A stretch of 64,000 nucleotides of DNA from Ostrea edulis. Lineage: Eukaryota. Below the pieces are notes generated by a model. It worked only from the letters and a program-made list of their open reading frames with translations. It was not told where the DNA came from and did not search any database. The number at the start of each line of letters is the position of its first letter. Position 1 is the stretch's first letter. Of this stretch, positions 11,810 to 24,901 are shown one piece after another. Position numbers and translations under genes: made by a program. The stretch lies in the NCBI RefSeq assembly GCF_947568905.1, contig NC_079164.1, forward strand, positions 94,674,001 through 94,738,000, in the 5' to 3' direction.

Positions 11810-13228
11810 GTAAGATCTCATTAAATATAAAAGTGTTTTAGTTTGTGTCATTAAAATTTCGGTAGATAGAAGAGTTCGACATATTCTGACTCATTTAGTA
11901 AACCTTTCTATACCCTCCTGTGACGTCATACAATTTGTAAAATCAATGATTTATTTAGATTTATGCATGATAGGGAGATGAATTTTGTTGGGATCGTTTT
12001 CGATAGTTATTGTAAAAAATCTTGTTAAACCATAAACTATTTCAAAAGTCTAAGTTATATATGAATAATCAATTATGTTTCAAACTATTGAATCCAAGGG
12101 CAGTAACTCTGTTTTTATTGATTTCTTTATGAAGTCTACTATGCGATAGATTTCCTTTATTTTTCACAGACATTTTGTGTATTTTTGTGAAGAAACAGTT
12201 TCATGAAATTGTTATGAATACTATTATATCGTCATAACCAGTTTTTATGAAATTTTGATAACGCTGTGTAAGGAAAATTGCAATTTTCTGACGTTGAAAT
12301 ATGATTCGGTTTATGTATGTCTCGCATCTTAAAAAGATAATTTATTAGTTTTTAACTCTAAAAAATGGAAGTAAATATACTTTTTTTTTTACTTTTATCA
12401 TATAAATCTGCGAGTATGGAGTTACCTTAAGGTCACATAAAGCGGGTTTTGCTTTTTTCCTGCAATACAATTTTCTGCCTCTGTTGGTTAACAAACAAAA
12501 GAAATATTATTGACCTGTAAGTTATTTAAATGTAACAACTGAAAATCACCTGACCTTGACTTGCCTCCATATTTGGCAATGATTTCCATAATTATTTGAA
12601 CGATGGTAAACGGAGGGCAAACTCTAGAACCATAAGAAGAATGAGTATTTTTAAAGATTATTTGTCTGTATCGAAATGCGAGTTGATTTACATGTCCCTG
12701 CACATTTATTCATTATCTTAGGGGTTCAAAAAGTAGTTCGTGAAAATGTATATATTCTTACGAGGATAGACGGCACTATAAAAATATAAAAACAGATCCA
12801 AGTATAGATTGAAATATAACATGTCTTCATTTTTGCAAATGACAAGCAATGAATTTGAATAGAAATTAGGCAGAAAACACACAGTGACTGTAAATATTGT
12901 GAGTGGAAATATATGCATGAAATTTAGCACTCTGGAAAAAAAAGTGTTGCTTCCGAGGCCGCCATGATGAAGGGAAACCAATGATGAAATAATTACTTCC
13001 GACATAGCCACGAGGTTATAGGATATTCTACAATTATACAAGAATTAAGGTGAAAAAGTCCATGAAATGAAAATAAGAATTAAAGGAGTCATTTCATTAA
13101 TCGATACTGAAAACAGAAAAGTGGTCTTCGTCTTACCGTCAGATAGCTTTGTGTGTGATTGATCTGCAATTTCGTGTGGTCAGCGATGCAGTTAATTAAA
13201 GACATGGGAATTTATGGCTTTTTTTTTA

Positions 13229-13232
<4 letters not shown>

Positions 13233-13279
<47 letters not shown>
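13233..13279. repeat. (GA)n microsatellite
   Basis: Direct. Confidence 0.95.
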
Positions 13280-13283
<4 letters not shown>

Positions 13284-13373
13284 CATCTTACAAATATATT
13301 GAAATGCGAGTGCTTCATTCTTTTTTAACTTCACAGTAAACATTTTATTGAATTATGCCTTGTTTTATTTCAG

Positions 13374-13459
13374 TTGTGCTGGATACCAACAGGTGGTACC
13401 ATTCTACGATGAATGTCGGTGATGATATCAGCATCACGATAGGATCAGAGTATGACTGA
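13374..13459 (+). CDS. JmjC paralog A, exon 4 (stop)
   Basis: tttcag acceptor. Reads (I)VLDTNRWYHSTMNVGDDISITIGSEYD*, supplying the distal His. Confidence 0.9.
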
Positions 13460-13565
13460 ATCAAAACTATAATAAAATACACACCAACACGAGTTGTGTG
13501 AAGTTTTTGAACACTATGAAAATGTTGACTAACTTGTCCTCTCCACTATATATATATATAGGGAA

Positions 13566-13658
13566 GTCGTTGTGGCCGAGTGGACTTACGCACTGGTTTG
13601 ACAATCTTGCTAGGTGGTGGGTGCCGTACGTCGCTGGTTCGACCCCGGGCTGGGGCGA
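13566..13658 (+). pseudogene. tRNA-Ser-like sequence (SINE head or tRNA pseudogene)
   Basis: A-box TGGCCGAGTGG and B-box GGTTCGACCCC. The 5' end resembles GTAGTCGTGGCCGAGTGG of tRNA-Ser, but the stems do not close. Confidence 0.5.
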
Positions 13659-14186
13659 AAATTTTCAGTACCTAGTTGTGATTATTTAGTGATTTATATA
13701 TATATATATAAAAGTACACAAAGCACTATAATGACAAACTATGAAAAGGTTGAGTAACTATTCCTCTCCACTATATATATATAAAAGCACACAAAGCACT
13801 AAAATGACCAACGACACGAACAAACAGATGTCAAATTTTCGGGACGACCCGTCCCTTCTTCAGGACAAGCACTTGTTCTCAATAGGTAAGCCTGAGCTGT
13901 ATTCGTTTATATGCACAGAACACAAAGGATGTGTGTGAGACCAAGTGTGAATGCCCATAGGCCTTGCTGTTGTCTCATTAAGCTGTGGCATTGGCATGAC
14001 TTCACCATCGTGAGCCACCCCCTCAATAATTTTAATGCAAAACTTAATCATCACCGTCATCACCATGATGTGCACTAATAACTGGAGATACAGTCAACAT
14101 GGCAGTTGTGCCATTCAAATGTGACATTGGCAGGACCTCACTATCACTATCCACTATTACAAAGCGAGGGTTTATGAAAATGCAAC

Positions 14187-14551
14187 TGTAGTATAGGAGA
14201 GAGGAGAAAATCTGTGGCTGGACCGTGAATCGAACCCGGGACTCCTGCATTACTGGTCAGGTGCTCTAACCACTGATCTATCCAGGCCGATATTCACGGT
14301 CCGTATAGCCCTAATTACTACATTCCTCCCTCCTTAAATAGTCATACAACCCAGAATCTTTTCGCCCCTGACAGGATTTTCACCTGCAAATCCAGGGGTG
14401 GTCAACGGCACCAAATGCAGTATAGGAGAGAGGAGAAAATATGTGGAAGGACCGGGAATCGAACCCGGGACTCCTGCATTACTGGTCAGGTGCTCTAACA
14501 ACTGAGCTATCCAGGCCGATATCCACGGTCCGTATAGCCCTAATTACTACA
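14187..14551 (-). mobile_element. TRIM (miniature non-autonomous LTR retroelement) with tRNA-like LTRs
   Basis: Two 136-bp TG..CA direct repeats (14187-14322, 14416-14551), CAAC TSD on both sides, PBS TGGTGCCGTTGACC 2 nt after the 5' LTR, and PPT AAGGAGGGAGGAA abutting the 3' LTR. Confidence 0.85.
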
Positions 14552-15020
14552 CAACTACTATTTAGTAAATAGTAGCATGACATTTAATGCAAAGCATACA
14601 TACATACATATGGCAGAGGTTCAACATAGACATGTTGGACATAATTGACACACAGGTAATACATAGAAAAGGACAATACGTCTGAATAGTTACATGGTTT
14701 GACTTCGAGTGAGTGTCTCAGTGCAGGAAACCCGCTCGTGCGCAAAGTCATGGTTCACTACACACGACCTGTCTATTTACGGACACCTAACTCGACTACA
14801 GTGCACACTACCGGTCCTCGGTCAGAACCAAGAAAGATTTGCCAGTAGCTTCACATTTCAATGGTAGTAATCATGGGTGGGAAGACATGGCAGCAGTGGT
14901 TAGTATCCACTATATTTCCATATCTGATGACAAAAACAAAATTATATATTTTGCCGACAGCCCGCCGTAGTTATTAGAAAAAACTTGAGTTCACAGCTCG
15001 AAAGGTGGCTAGAGAATGAC

Positions 15021-15210
15021 GATTTCTAGTCAACTCGTACCCTGACCGACTCGTACCCAGGTCAACTCGTACCCCATAGGTAAACTCGTACCAACTCAAG
15101 AACCAGATTCTTGGGTACGAGTTGACTTTTACCTTTTGGGTACGAGTTGACCTATTTGGTACGAGTTGACCTGGGTACGAGTCGGTCAGGGTACGAGTTG
15201 ACTTGACTCC
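15021..15210. mobile_element. 190-bp foldback MITE with 8-bp TSD
   Basis: Inverted arms of (g)tcaactcgtaccc units. AGAATGAC is duplicated at 15013-15020 and 15211-15218; the empty site is visible in the duplicate near 15730. Confidence 0.85.
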
Positions 15211-15916
15211 AGAATGACCACCTCATACACACAATCGAACACTATGAATCACCAGCATTTTCATTGGCTGGAAATCATCAGCTCACGAATAACATACATC
15301 ACATGACTAAAAACCCGTTTATACAATATTTTTCCGCTATACTTCGAAACGCGGAAAAAATTTAGTATCCACTATATTTCCATATCTGATGCCAAAAACA
15401 AAAATTATATATTTTGCCGACAGCCCGCCGTAGTTATTAGACGCCGACTATTTATTAATATATGACATCCACTTATAATTCATATTCAAACATAACAGTG
15501 TTTATACATTGTGCAAAATTCATCTTCACAATTATTCTCGAATATTCTATAGAGAGAAAAAAATGATGTAATATACGAAACCCAGGGGAAAAACAGAGAT
15601 GAAACCCCTTGAATTTTGGGACCAAAAAACTCTGAAAACTGGGCATCCTATATTACTCCAAATCCTATTTCAGCACATTTTCATTATATTGAAAATAAAA
15701 AAAACTTGAGTTCACAGCTCGAAAGGCGGCTAGAGAATGACCACCTCACACACACAATCGAACACTATGCATCACCAGCATTTTCATAGGCTGGAAATCA
15801 TCAGCCCACGAATAACATACATCACATGACTAAAAACCCGTTTATACAATATTTTTCCGCTATACTTCGAAACGTGGAAAAAATTTATTGACCATGACCG
15901 AAGTTGGTCAGATACC

Positions 15917-15953
<37 letters not shown>

Positions 15954-16683
15954 GAAAAATTCTGAAGTCATTCCAACCTCGTGTTATCAACAAACCTGTA
16001 CTAACTTCTCCAGGATGAACACGGGCTAACCTTTGCTAGAGTATGAGCTTCATCTTGGCTTACTCGTCTGATCATGTTACTAACGCTACAGCCATATATT
16101 TCAATTTATTGTTGACTTAAATTTCTGTTTGCAGATTTTTTTTATAATGTCTATTTTTGACAATGACCTTTATCTGACGTAATTGGTTATGTGTAAAACC
16201 CATTTATATCAAGTTTTCTGTGATTCTGTGATCAACTTACGGGGACGTCTGATGATTACCAGGTTCGGAAAAAGAAACAAATTTAGATATATCTCTTTCC
16301 CCAAACTAAATACCCAGAAAATACAACAGTTCCGCTGTTAAATAACCTTATAACGGAGAGATAGTACTCGGGCGCACATACTTGGCCATCTTCGCTACAG
16401 CCAAGGATTTTTGTTCCACTCCGCTCCCCATAAAGAAAGCAGAGCGAACTGAAAAACCCTGGTTAACGAAGATGATACTTGACAGAATCCTTGCTTATGA
16501 GTAGATGGTATTGTATGACCTTGACTTAAGGTCTTTTAACCAAGGTTAAGGTCACTAGTAAGGAATTTGTTTTTGTTGTTGTTTGTTTTGGTCTGGGTTA
16601 TAACTTTGCAAGATATAAAAATCCACACTTCACTAAACAGACAGAATCGTGGTCTTCTGATTACTCGTATCACACAAAAAATA

Positions 16684-17532
16684 TGGAGCGCCAATTAAAC
16701 AATTATATAAACTCATCATATCATCAATTCATTTGATGCGCGCAACTATTCAATTAAAGATCTTTTCAAATAATTAACGATATCTTCAATTCTGAATTAT
16801 TGCACGTATTAATAAAATTATTTATGACATTAATTATTCTGTTGAGCTCTATATTTGAATAGTGTTGCTCTCTTCAAATGAATCGGAGATATCAACAACT
16901 GAATTGATGGTTTGCTCCAATCTCTACCCAGAGTTATCGTTCCCGCTACACTCCACTAATACCTCTGTCAACGTCTAAAAATCATATCAAAACGTACTAA
17001 AACTAAACACTTGTCTGAATTTTATAAACGCAGAAGATGGTAAATATGAGACACCTGAGCGAATTAAAAGGTTTTATATAAATATTCATTCATCCAATAA
17101 TACTAGAATAATCATGGAATTCGTTGTTTTTGTGAACTTACTGTAAGATTTTAAGCTTAACACTAAGACTTGTAAAATCATACTTTATAATGCAAAAGGT
17201 AGAAATAAGTTTTGCCAAGAATCTTTACATTCAGACGTTGACAGAGGTGTTGTAGCGCAGCGTAATACGCCCTCTGGTGAGAGATTGGGTTTGTTCTCTT
17301 TAAAAAGAATTGATGCTCGTACATTAATTTGAACTACTAAAGCATTGTAAATAATTAAAGATATCTTCAACTGAATTGAAGAGATCATCAAATCATTTAT
17401 ACCGAGAGCTCCAAATTTTAATTCCACTAAAATGATGAGAGCAATAATTAAGTGCAATGATTGAATTAAGGATATTTTTAAATAATTGAAGATATCTTAA
17501 ATTATTTGAGTTGATGTTAATTTGGCGCTCTA
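16684..17532. mobile_element. Second, more diverged copy of the TGGAGCGCC-TIR MITE, carrying a nested insertion
   Basis: Same termini as 5505-6466, with internal similarity. Confidence 0.8.
16917..17288. mobile_element. Nested MITE inside the above
   Basis: Inverted ends ccaatctct..cctctgtcaacgtct / agacgttgacagagg..agagattgg. Near-TSD GTTTGCT/GTTTGTT. Confidence 0.6.
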
Positions 17533-17699
17533 TAAATATACGAGTGATCAGTAAGTGAGGGTTGGATCAAGAATCAAGTACGACACACGAGAATCATTTT
17601 TGTACGAGTTACTAATATTTTTGTAAAAAATGTTTTACTTTCGGTTTGCTCCGAAATCCCAATTTCATCGAGTACGAGTGCAGATGTCAGATCCAAAAT

Positions 17700-18400
17700 A
17701 TGTGTTCACAGAGCAGGATAGGTTCAAATGATCCTGAAACCAGGGCCCTACGACAAAGGGTTAATTTACATTTCCAATATTTATATGACACTGCAGTCCA
17801 GGAAGGACTCCAGCCATCCGATTTAATGAAAATCGATGCTGTTGTGGAACTGAGGGAAGATCTCAATAGTTTCGAAATCCCAAATTATGTCTGGAAATGT
17901 CTTGCAGCTTTCGTTATTTCGTTTATATCCCTTGTCATTGTCTACCTGTCTGAATGGCCTGTTGATAACGACACAGTTTTCAAATTGTGGATGGACGTCG
18001 GGGGAGCGGATCCAATAAGTCATCAGTGTGCTGTGGAAGTATTTGAATTCATGCCGGAGATGTTTCGACCCCCGGCGCGATCCTGTAATTTTTGTCGAAA
18101 TGTGAAATCCGTTAAGAAAGTGGAAAATATTTCTCCAGAACAGTTTGAGGAGTTGTATGCTTATACAGGTAGACCAGTGGTTGTTAGAGATGGGACAAAG
18201 GACTGGACGGCCTCCACACAGTTCTCATACAAATTTTTGAAATCCATTTACAGTAAAAATAGTACTGCACTGAAAAATGTGGAAGAAAATTGCCAATTTT
18301 TCCCATATAAATCCAATTTTAAAGATTTAGAGGAGGTGTTTGATATGAGTGATGATAAGGCTTTGATGAAGGATAGGTCATCGCCTTGGTACATAGGATG
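17700..18400 (+). CDS. Membrane-anchored JmjC/cupin-fold protein, paralog B, exon 1
   Basis: First ATG in the open frame at 17700, TM helix (CLAAFVISFISLVIVYL), CNFC, PWYIGW, GTAATT donor. The four exons sum to 1056 nt (351 aa plus stop). Confidence 0.87.
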
Positions 18401-18511
18401 GTAATTTATCTTTGCATGTAATATACTGTGTATGTGGAATTATAGAATTATGGATATACAAAGAAATAATTTATTGGGATCATGAGTATTTGTAATATTA
18501 AGGGTACACAT

Positions 18512-18615
18512 CACAGGCACTTGTTTCTGTAAATAACTTACAACCTCTGTATACTAATTATGATAATTATTAGTATACAGAGGTTGTAAGTTATTTACAG
18601 AAACAAGTGCCTGTG
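18512..18615. mobile_element. 104-bp hairpin MITE with 8-bp TSD
   Basis: Perfect 47-bp inverted arms and a 10-nt loop. GTACACAT flanks both sides. Confidence 0.88.
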
Positions 18616-18894
18616 GTACACATGTCAAAATGCACATGATTTTATAATTGTCATTTTTTTAATCGGTTATATTTATTGCGTTGATGACGGTTAAGGTTAG
18701 AAAATATCAACATGTGAGTGCTACTTTCACACTAGATAGAATGTTCTATCCTTAAAATGATGATGTCCTACAGACCAGGTGAGGGCGTGTCCCGAGACAC
18801 AGTTATTTCATGTGGTGAGGGCGCGTCCCGAGACACAGTTAGATCATTCTAACTACTTTCACACATTTTTCCAAAGCTACGTTTTGCCCTTCAG

Positions 18895-19030
18895 GAGCAA
18901 TTGTGACCTCTCAGCAGCTAACACACTCAGGCAACACTACAGCCGTCCATACTTCCTGCCAAAGCGGGCAGAGTCCAGTAAGACTGATTGGATCTTTATG
19001 GGGAGTCCAGGATATGGAGCCTCCATGCAT
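18895..19030 (+). CDS. JmjC paralog B, exon 2
   Basis: cccttcag acceptor. Reads SNCDLSAANTLRQHYSRPYFLPKRAESSKTDWIFMGSPGYGASMH. 136 nt. Confidence 0.9.
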
Positions 19031-19554
19031 GTACGTCTACTCCAGTTAGCAGGGGCGGATCCAGGATTTTTTTTATTGGGAAGGGGGGGGGGGCATTAAT
19101 TTTGGTTTTCAAAGTGGGGGAGCACCCTCAAAATGTGTTATTTTTACCCATTTTAGCAAAATTTTCTGACAAAGGGGGAGGGATCCATTGACCCTCTGGA
19201 TCCGCCACTGGTTAATAGGTCTGTCGCTGACTGCCTTCAGAAATAGATTGGGTTTATCAAGCCCATAGTTTCAATTTTCTCTTAATCTATGAGTGTTGAT
19301 GAGTCTGATATATATATATATATATACTAGTGGGAAAAAGAAACTGTGTAGTTTAGTAATTTTATTTATAGATTGATATACAAAATATTATATTGTATTA
19401 TGTATATCATTAATTAATACAATGCATTGTCTTTCAATTTAAACATCAAATCACGGGTTATGTCCATTATGGTAGATACAATCAGCTACTGAAAATAGGG
19501 GGGGGGGTGTGTGCAGAAAAGTTTCACATGTTTAATAGCGTATATGACTATCAT

Positions 19555-20330
19555 TTTCTTCACACCTACGACGCATTGTTCAAAACGAAACAGTTATGCA
19601 GTAATGCCTGGGGAATGCTCCGCCCTATGCACAATAAAGAACGACGCAAAGCGTCCAACGTAGCAGGGGGGTTTGGCTCTTTACGTAAACATCGTTCTAT
19701 TTCATTCCAAACATGTTGTATAGGCGATAAATCCGGTGACATCGCAGGCCTAGGTCAAGGTACATTGTAGCACATTCACGTTTGCTGCTATAGCTAGTCA
19801 GTAACAATGCGTGTGTTGTTCTGCTGTAGCTAGTCAGTACAATGTAACAATGCGTGTGTTGTTCTGCTGTAGAATGACGTTACGCTGGTTATTGTGAATG
19901 GAATGAGGTGTTGATGTACAATATCTTCACGGTAGCGTACGCCGGTTAAATTGTCCTCCACTATCACCAAATGGGTCATTCCACGTGTTGTGATTCCACC
20001 TAGACCATAACGCTCTCTAAGCCGAATTGACGGCGCTGAATAACGCAGGCGTCAGTGTAACATTCTCCGGCACGACGGTAAGCCCGAACACGACCGTCAA
20101 ACTGCTCTGGAGAAATGATTTCATCTCGACTCGTCTGTAAACAGAACTTCCGCCTAATCTCTGTTATTGAAACGACGATGTCTCCTACACCATGCTAACT
20201 TCGCAACACGGTGACGCCAGAGCAGAACAACGGAGAGCAACACGTCGAGGACGGATTTTGGCCTTCCGCATTCTGTTCCTTACGGTACGAGGACTTACAT
20301 GGCCGTCGATGCCCAGGGATGCTTTTAGCA
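19555..20330 (-). pseudogene. Tc1/mariner (DD34E-type) transposase relic
   Basis: Minus-strand frames give PRTVRNRMRKA..KLAWCRRH..VLFTDESR..DGRVRAYRRAGE..VRYREDIV..NVILQQ..PAMSPDLSPIQHVWNEIER, with stops and frameshifts. Confidence 0.85.
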
Positions 20331-20576
20331 GTCAAAGAAGCCGATTGGAATCGATTGCGCAAACAAAATTAGTACTTAAACACGCGTTATATCAAACTAA
20401 TAATAAAGAGAGATAATTTTTTTTCAAAAACTTTTTTTTCTAGTATATATCATTCAACTATCAACTACAGTCCTAACATAAACTGCATGGTTATTGGGGA
20501 TCTTATTAGGAGAATATTATACATGTACAGTATGTAAAAAACTATCATTCTATAGACCCTGAAGCGTGCTACACCA

Positions 20577-20715
20577 CTTGCACGGAACGGTACGAAACGA
20601 TTCTTGCACGGAATGGTGAGCGATTTGTACGGAATGTTGAGCAGTTTGTACGGAATGGTGAACGTTTTGTACGGAATGGTGAAGGGTTTGTGAACGATCC
20701 GCACGGAACGGTAGG
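20577..20715. repeat. About 20-bp tandem repeat (ttgtacggaatggtgaacg-like)
   Basis: About 5-6 direct units, probably the subterminal array of a DNA element. Confidence 0.75.
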
Positions 20716-20942
20716 CATGGCCTTCACGCTTTGATTTTTTCGGCACTTGTCGGTTCTTCCTTGCTGGGGTGGTTTAAACACGAAATAATTGCCTAGCGGG
20801 GGTGGTTTTAACACGAAATAATTTCAATATAAAATTATATAATAATGGTCTTAATAGGTTGGGAAATCAATGATAATGATCCATTTTGAAATGATTATTC
20901 ATATATGATGTTTTAAATTGCTCCATTTTGATAATCAATAAA

Positions 20943-21572
20943 CAGGTCCAGTCCAAAGACTATTTCTACCTACATAGGTACTTATACTTATAGCTACCTA
21001 GGTATTTAAACCTACTCCAGGTAGCTATTTTTACCTACTTTTTCCTTTACTTGCATTTTGTGGCCAAACGCAGGAACTGCACAATATGGTGTGTACCAAA
21101 TTTCTTGATTCACTTACACTGACGATGAATACCACAAAAATATTGGACAAAAATGATTACTTTCTAACTTTTCAAATTTACATCAATAACAGCACCCAGT
21201 TCCATTTTCTAGGAGCTTAGGATCAAAGCTACATGATAAAAAGTGTAGAATGTCCAACAAATCTGTATTAATTTTAAAGTTTACCTTCATGCAGTTTTAC
21301 ATTAAAGGTTTTTGGGGCGAATTTTCATGCTTTTCCTCTGCATTCTCCACCCTCGTAAAGTATTCAAATTTACACTCTGAATTTTGCCGTGTACGTGCAC
21401 AACATGATACATGAAACGACTGACCTGTTTAAAAAGATGCACTTTAATTATTATTTATTTATATTTTCAAAAACAGGTAAAAGTAGGTAGAAGTAGCTAC
21501 TTTAAGTAGGTTTAAATACCTATGTAGCTATTAATAGCTACGTAGGTAGAAATAGTCTTTGGACTGGACCTG
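20943..21572. mobile_element. 630-bp MITE with 31-bp perfect TIRs and 5-bp TSD
   Basis: CAGGTCCAGTCCAAAGACTATTTCTACCTAC mirrored at the right end. ATAAA on both flanks. The imperfect inverted arms extend to about 100 bp. Confidence 0.82.
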
Positions 21573-22762
21573 ATAAATACACAAAAACAAATCATTAAAT
21601 AAAATTATGAAAACTTTCATTTTTACTTATTAATCCAATGATTTCCTAAGGCAGGTAACAAAGCACGTCAAAATAAACAAATGAATATTTTATTTATTTT
21701 ATTAACTTGAGAAATAGAAGAGAAAGATGCAAATATTGTATCGTTTGGGAATGTCGATTATTCGACTTGCATAATGATTTTATGCCCTTTTAAGGTTATA
21801 CAAATCACCGACAGTGCAGAAACTAGCTGGTATCCTGTGGAAAAGTTTCTGTATTTAAATATTTTTATTTTGTACACCAAAAAATAATAGTGTAAATGCA
21901 CTACTCTTATTTCCTTGTGTGAACGATATTCTCCGATGTTATCGGTTCCAGGTTTCCGCAGTTCGACAGGTTTTTTTTGGTAAAGCGGATACTCCGGAAT
22001 CTTTTTATCACAATCATATCAGTATAGCCAAACAAAAAACAAAAAAAAGTACCGTCCCATCGTCTTCCGCTCTGCCCGTTTGCTTTTTTTTTTTTAGGTT
22101 GTCTTGCGTTAACAATTGAACATTTTTAACATCTTCTTGATAACTACCATTCCAATTATTTTCAAATTTGGTATGAAGCAATATTGGGACAAAGGACATA
22201 CATTTTAAATTTCAGGACTCCAGCATCCCTGGGGCCCTAGGGGCGGGGCAAAAACTGCCCAAAATTGACCAATGTTCAAAAATCTTCTCAAAAACCACAC
22301 ACGTGAAAGAAAAACTAAATGCATGGTGATGTATAGCAGGAAGGCCTCTACCAAAACTGTAAATTTCATGATTCCCGGGGTAGGGGTTCTGACCCCAGGG
22401 CGGGACCAAACTTGTTATATAGTGTTTATGTGTAAAACACTTGAATAACATCTTCTTTAGTGCTATTCATACTAAATTGAAACTAAATGGATAGAGCAGG
22501 TAGTCTTTTACCATATTTGAAAATTTGATGATCCCCAGAGTAAGGGTTCTGACCCCCAGGGTAGGGCCAAACTTAGTATATATAGTAGTATATATAGTAT
22601 TTATGTGTAAGTTTGCTGATACTGTATAAAATCTAAATGCATACTTGATACACCTATTATTTAAAGCCTTTCATTAGTGTATGCATTTATTAGGGCAGTT
22701 AAGTTTTAAGAACACATCTTGTTTTATACTGTTGCTGAACATTAGAATTTAGCTTAGATATT

Positions 22763-22772
22763 CAGAACAGGA

Positions 22773-22871
<99 letters not shown>

Positions 22872-22877
22872 AAGTGA

Positions 22878-22913
<36 letters not shown>

Positions 22914-23093
22914 CAAGACCTTTCCGTGGGTATTGAACCTTTTGACCTTGACCTGCTTTAAATTTTTTTTTTACATTGGTCATAACTTCTAAATGGTAAA
23001 TATTAGAGCTTTCATATTGTACATAAGCATTTCTTTTGACAAGATCTTTCTACTGGTACCAAGATATTTGCCCTTGTGACCTTGGCCATCTTC

Positions 23094-23144
<51 letters not shown>

Positions 23145-23145
23145 T
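22763..23145 (+). mobile_element. HINE-like non-autonomous element
   Basis: 5' hairpin gcccccgagatcgaagatcggggggc, (ctgt)-rich tract, and 3' gggggcatttgtgtttcacaaacacatcttgtt end. Confidence 0.55.
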
Positions 23146-24098
23146 CTAGATTTCATAGCCTGTGGGAGTAGTGATACTTTTTCACTAGTATTCAGGTGTC
23201 CGACAAGGCCTGTGGGCTTCTTGTTTTCTATTACAATTATTTTTCATCACAATCATATCATCAGCATAGATAAGAAAAATTCAAAAATGTACCATCCCAT
23301 CGTCAACATTATCCAAGTTGGTCATCGTTCATTCATCTTGATGAATAAAGTAAAAAAATTAGACGTACACATTAATTTAAGAGATAAAGTTAATTTCTGA
23401 AAATACATTAGGCCAGCATCATGAATGTGGCAGTTCATACCCTTTAATGCTCAAGTGAACTTTTCTGATCAAAAGTTTCCATTGTCTGTCGATGTTGTTG
23501 TAACCGTTTCACATTTTCATCTTTTTCTCCAGAACTACTTGGTCAATTTCAGCCAAACTTGGACACAAATCATCCTTTAGTGAAGGGGATTCACGTGTAT
23601 TTAAATGAGGGAAATAGCGAAAATGCACCAACAAATTTTAAAAATCTTCTCCAGAACCAGGAGGCCAATTTCAATCACACTTGGCACGAATCATCCTTGG
23701 GTGAAGGGGGTTCAAGTTTGATCAAATGAAGGATCTTGTCCACTTCAAAGGGGAGATAATCATAGAGTGGGGTCATTTAAAACTTCTTCTCAAGAACCAC
23801 TGGGCCAGAAAAGTTCAAATTTACATGGAAGCTTCCTGACATAAAGTAGATTCAATTTGTTCAAATCATGGTCCCCGGGAGTAGGGTGGGGCTACAATTG
23901 GGGACCACTGTACTACCCAAAGTGCTGTAAAACAAAAAAAATAATTATGGAAAGAAAAGTTACACCTAATATTGTCATAAATAAATCCAACAGGGGTTGG
24001 ATAAAACTTTACTTTAGAAAGAATCTAAAACTAAAACTAAAACTTTCATAGACACCTCTTTCAACCAAAAGTGCTTATTCAAAATAAACACTCGTACT

Positions 24099-24704
24099 AA
24101 CAAGAGGCCCATGGGCCACATTGCTCACCTGAGTCATCTTGGCCCATACATGTATCTGAAGACTTTCCATATATATATTTGCATGTAAAACCTTAGTCCC
24201 TATTGTGACCCCAACCTAACTCTGGATGCCATGATTTTTACAAACTTGAATCTGCACTATGTAAGAGAGCATTCATGTAAATATTAACTTCTTTGGCCCA
24301 ATGGTTCTTGAGAAGATTTTTCGTATATATATTTCAATGTAAAAATTTGATCACCTATTGTGGCCCGAACCTACCCCTAGGGGGGTATGATCTGAACAAA
24401 CTTGAATCTTCACTCTGTCAGGAAGCTTTCATGTAAATCTCAGCTCTTCTGGCCCATTGGTTCTTGAGGAGAACATTTTTAAAGATTTTCCCTATATATT
24501 TGTATGTAAAACTTTGATCCCCTATTGTGGCCCCATCCTACCCCCGGGGGCCATGATTTGAACAAACTTGATTCTGTACTATGTCAGAAAGCTTCATGTA
24601 AATATCAGCTCCTCTGGCCCAGCATTTTGGTGATCATCTCTTCTTTGAATGGGGCATGGCCCTTCATTTGAATAAACTTGAAAGTCCTTCACCCAAGGAT
24701 GTTG

Positions 24705-24772
<68 letters not shown>

Positions 24773-24839
24773 AAAATGGTGACAACAGACTAATTTTGAT
24801 CAGAAAATCTCACTTGAGCCTTTGCTCAGGTGAGCTAAA
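24099..24839 (-). mobile_element. Helentron-type element with three internal satellite-like units of about 160 bp
   Basis: caaacttga(a/t)tct recurs at 24241, 24397 and 24563. Termini match 1-929. Confidence 0.7.
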
Positions 24840-24901
24840 TATCGCCTGTACATAGTACAGTGTTGTTTCATACATAAAGCCTCTATGACTGTCATTTGTA
24901 G

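Noticed and set aside
14205-14535. Two functional tRNA-Thr genes
   Set aside because: The acceptor and anticodon stems are bulged or mismatched, and both copies lie inside the LTRs of the TRIM.
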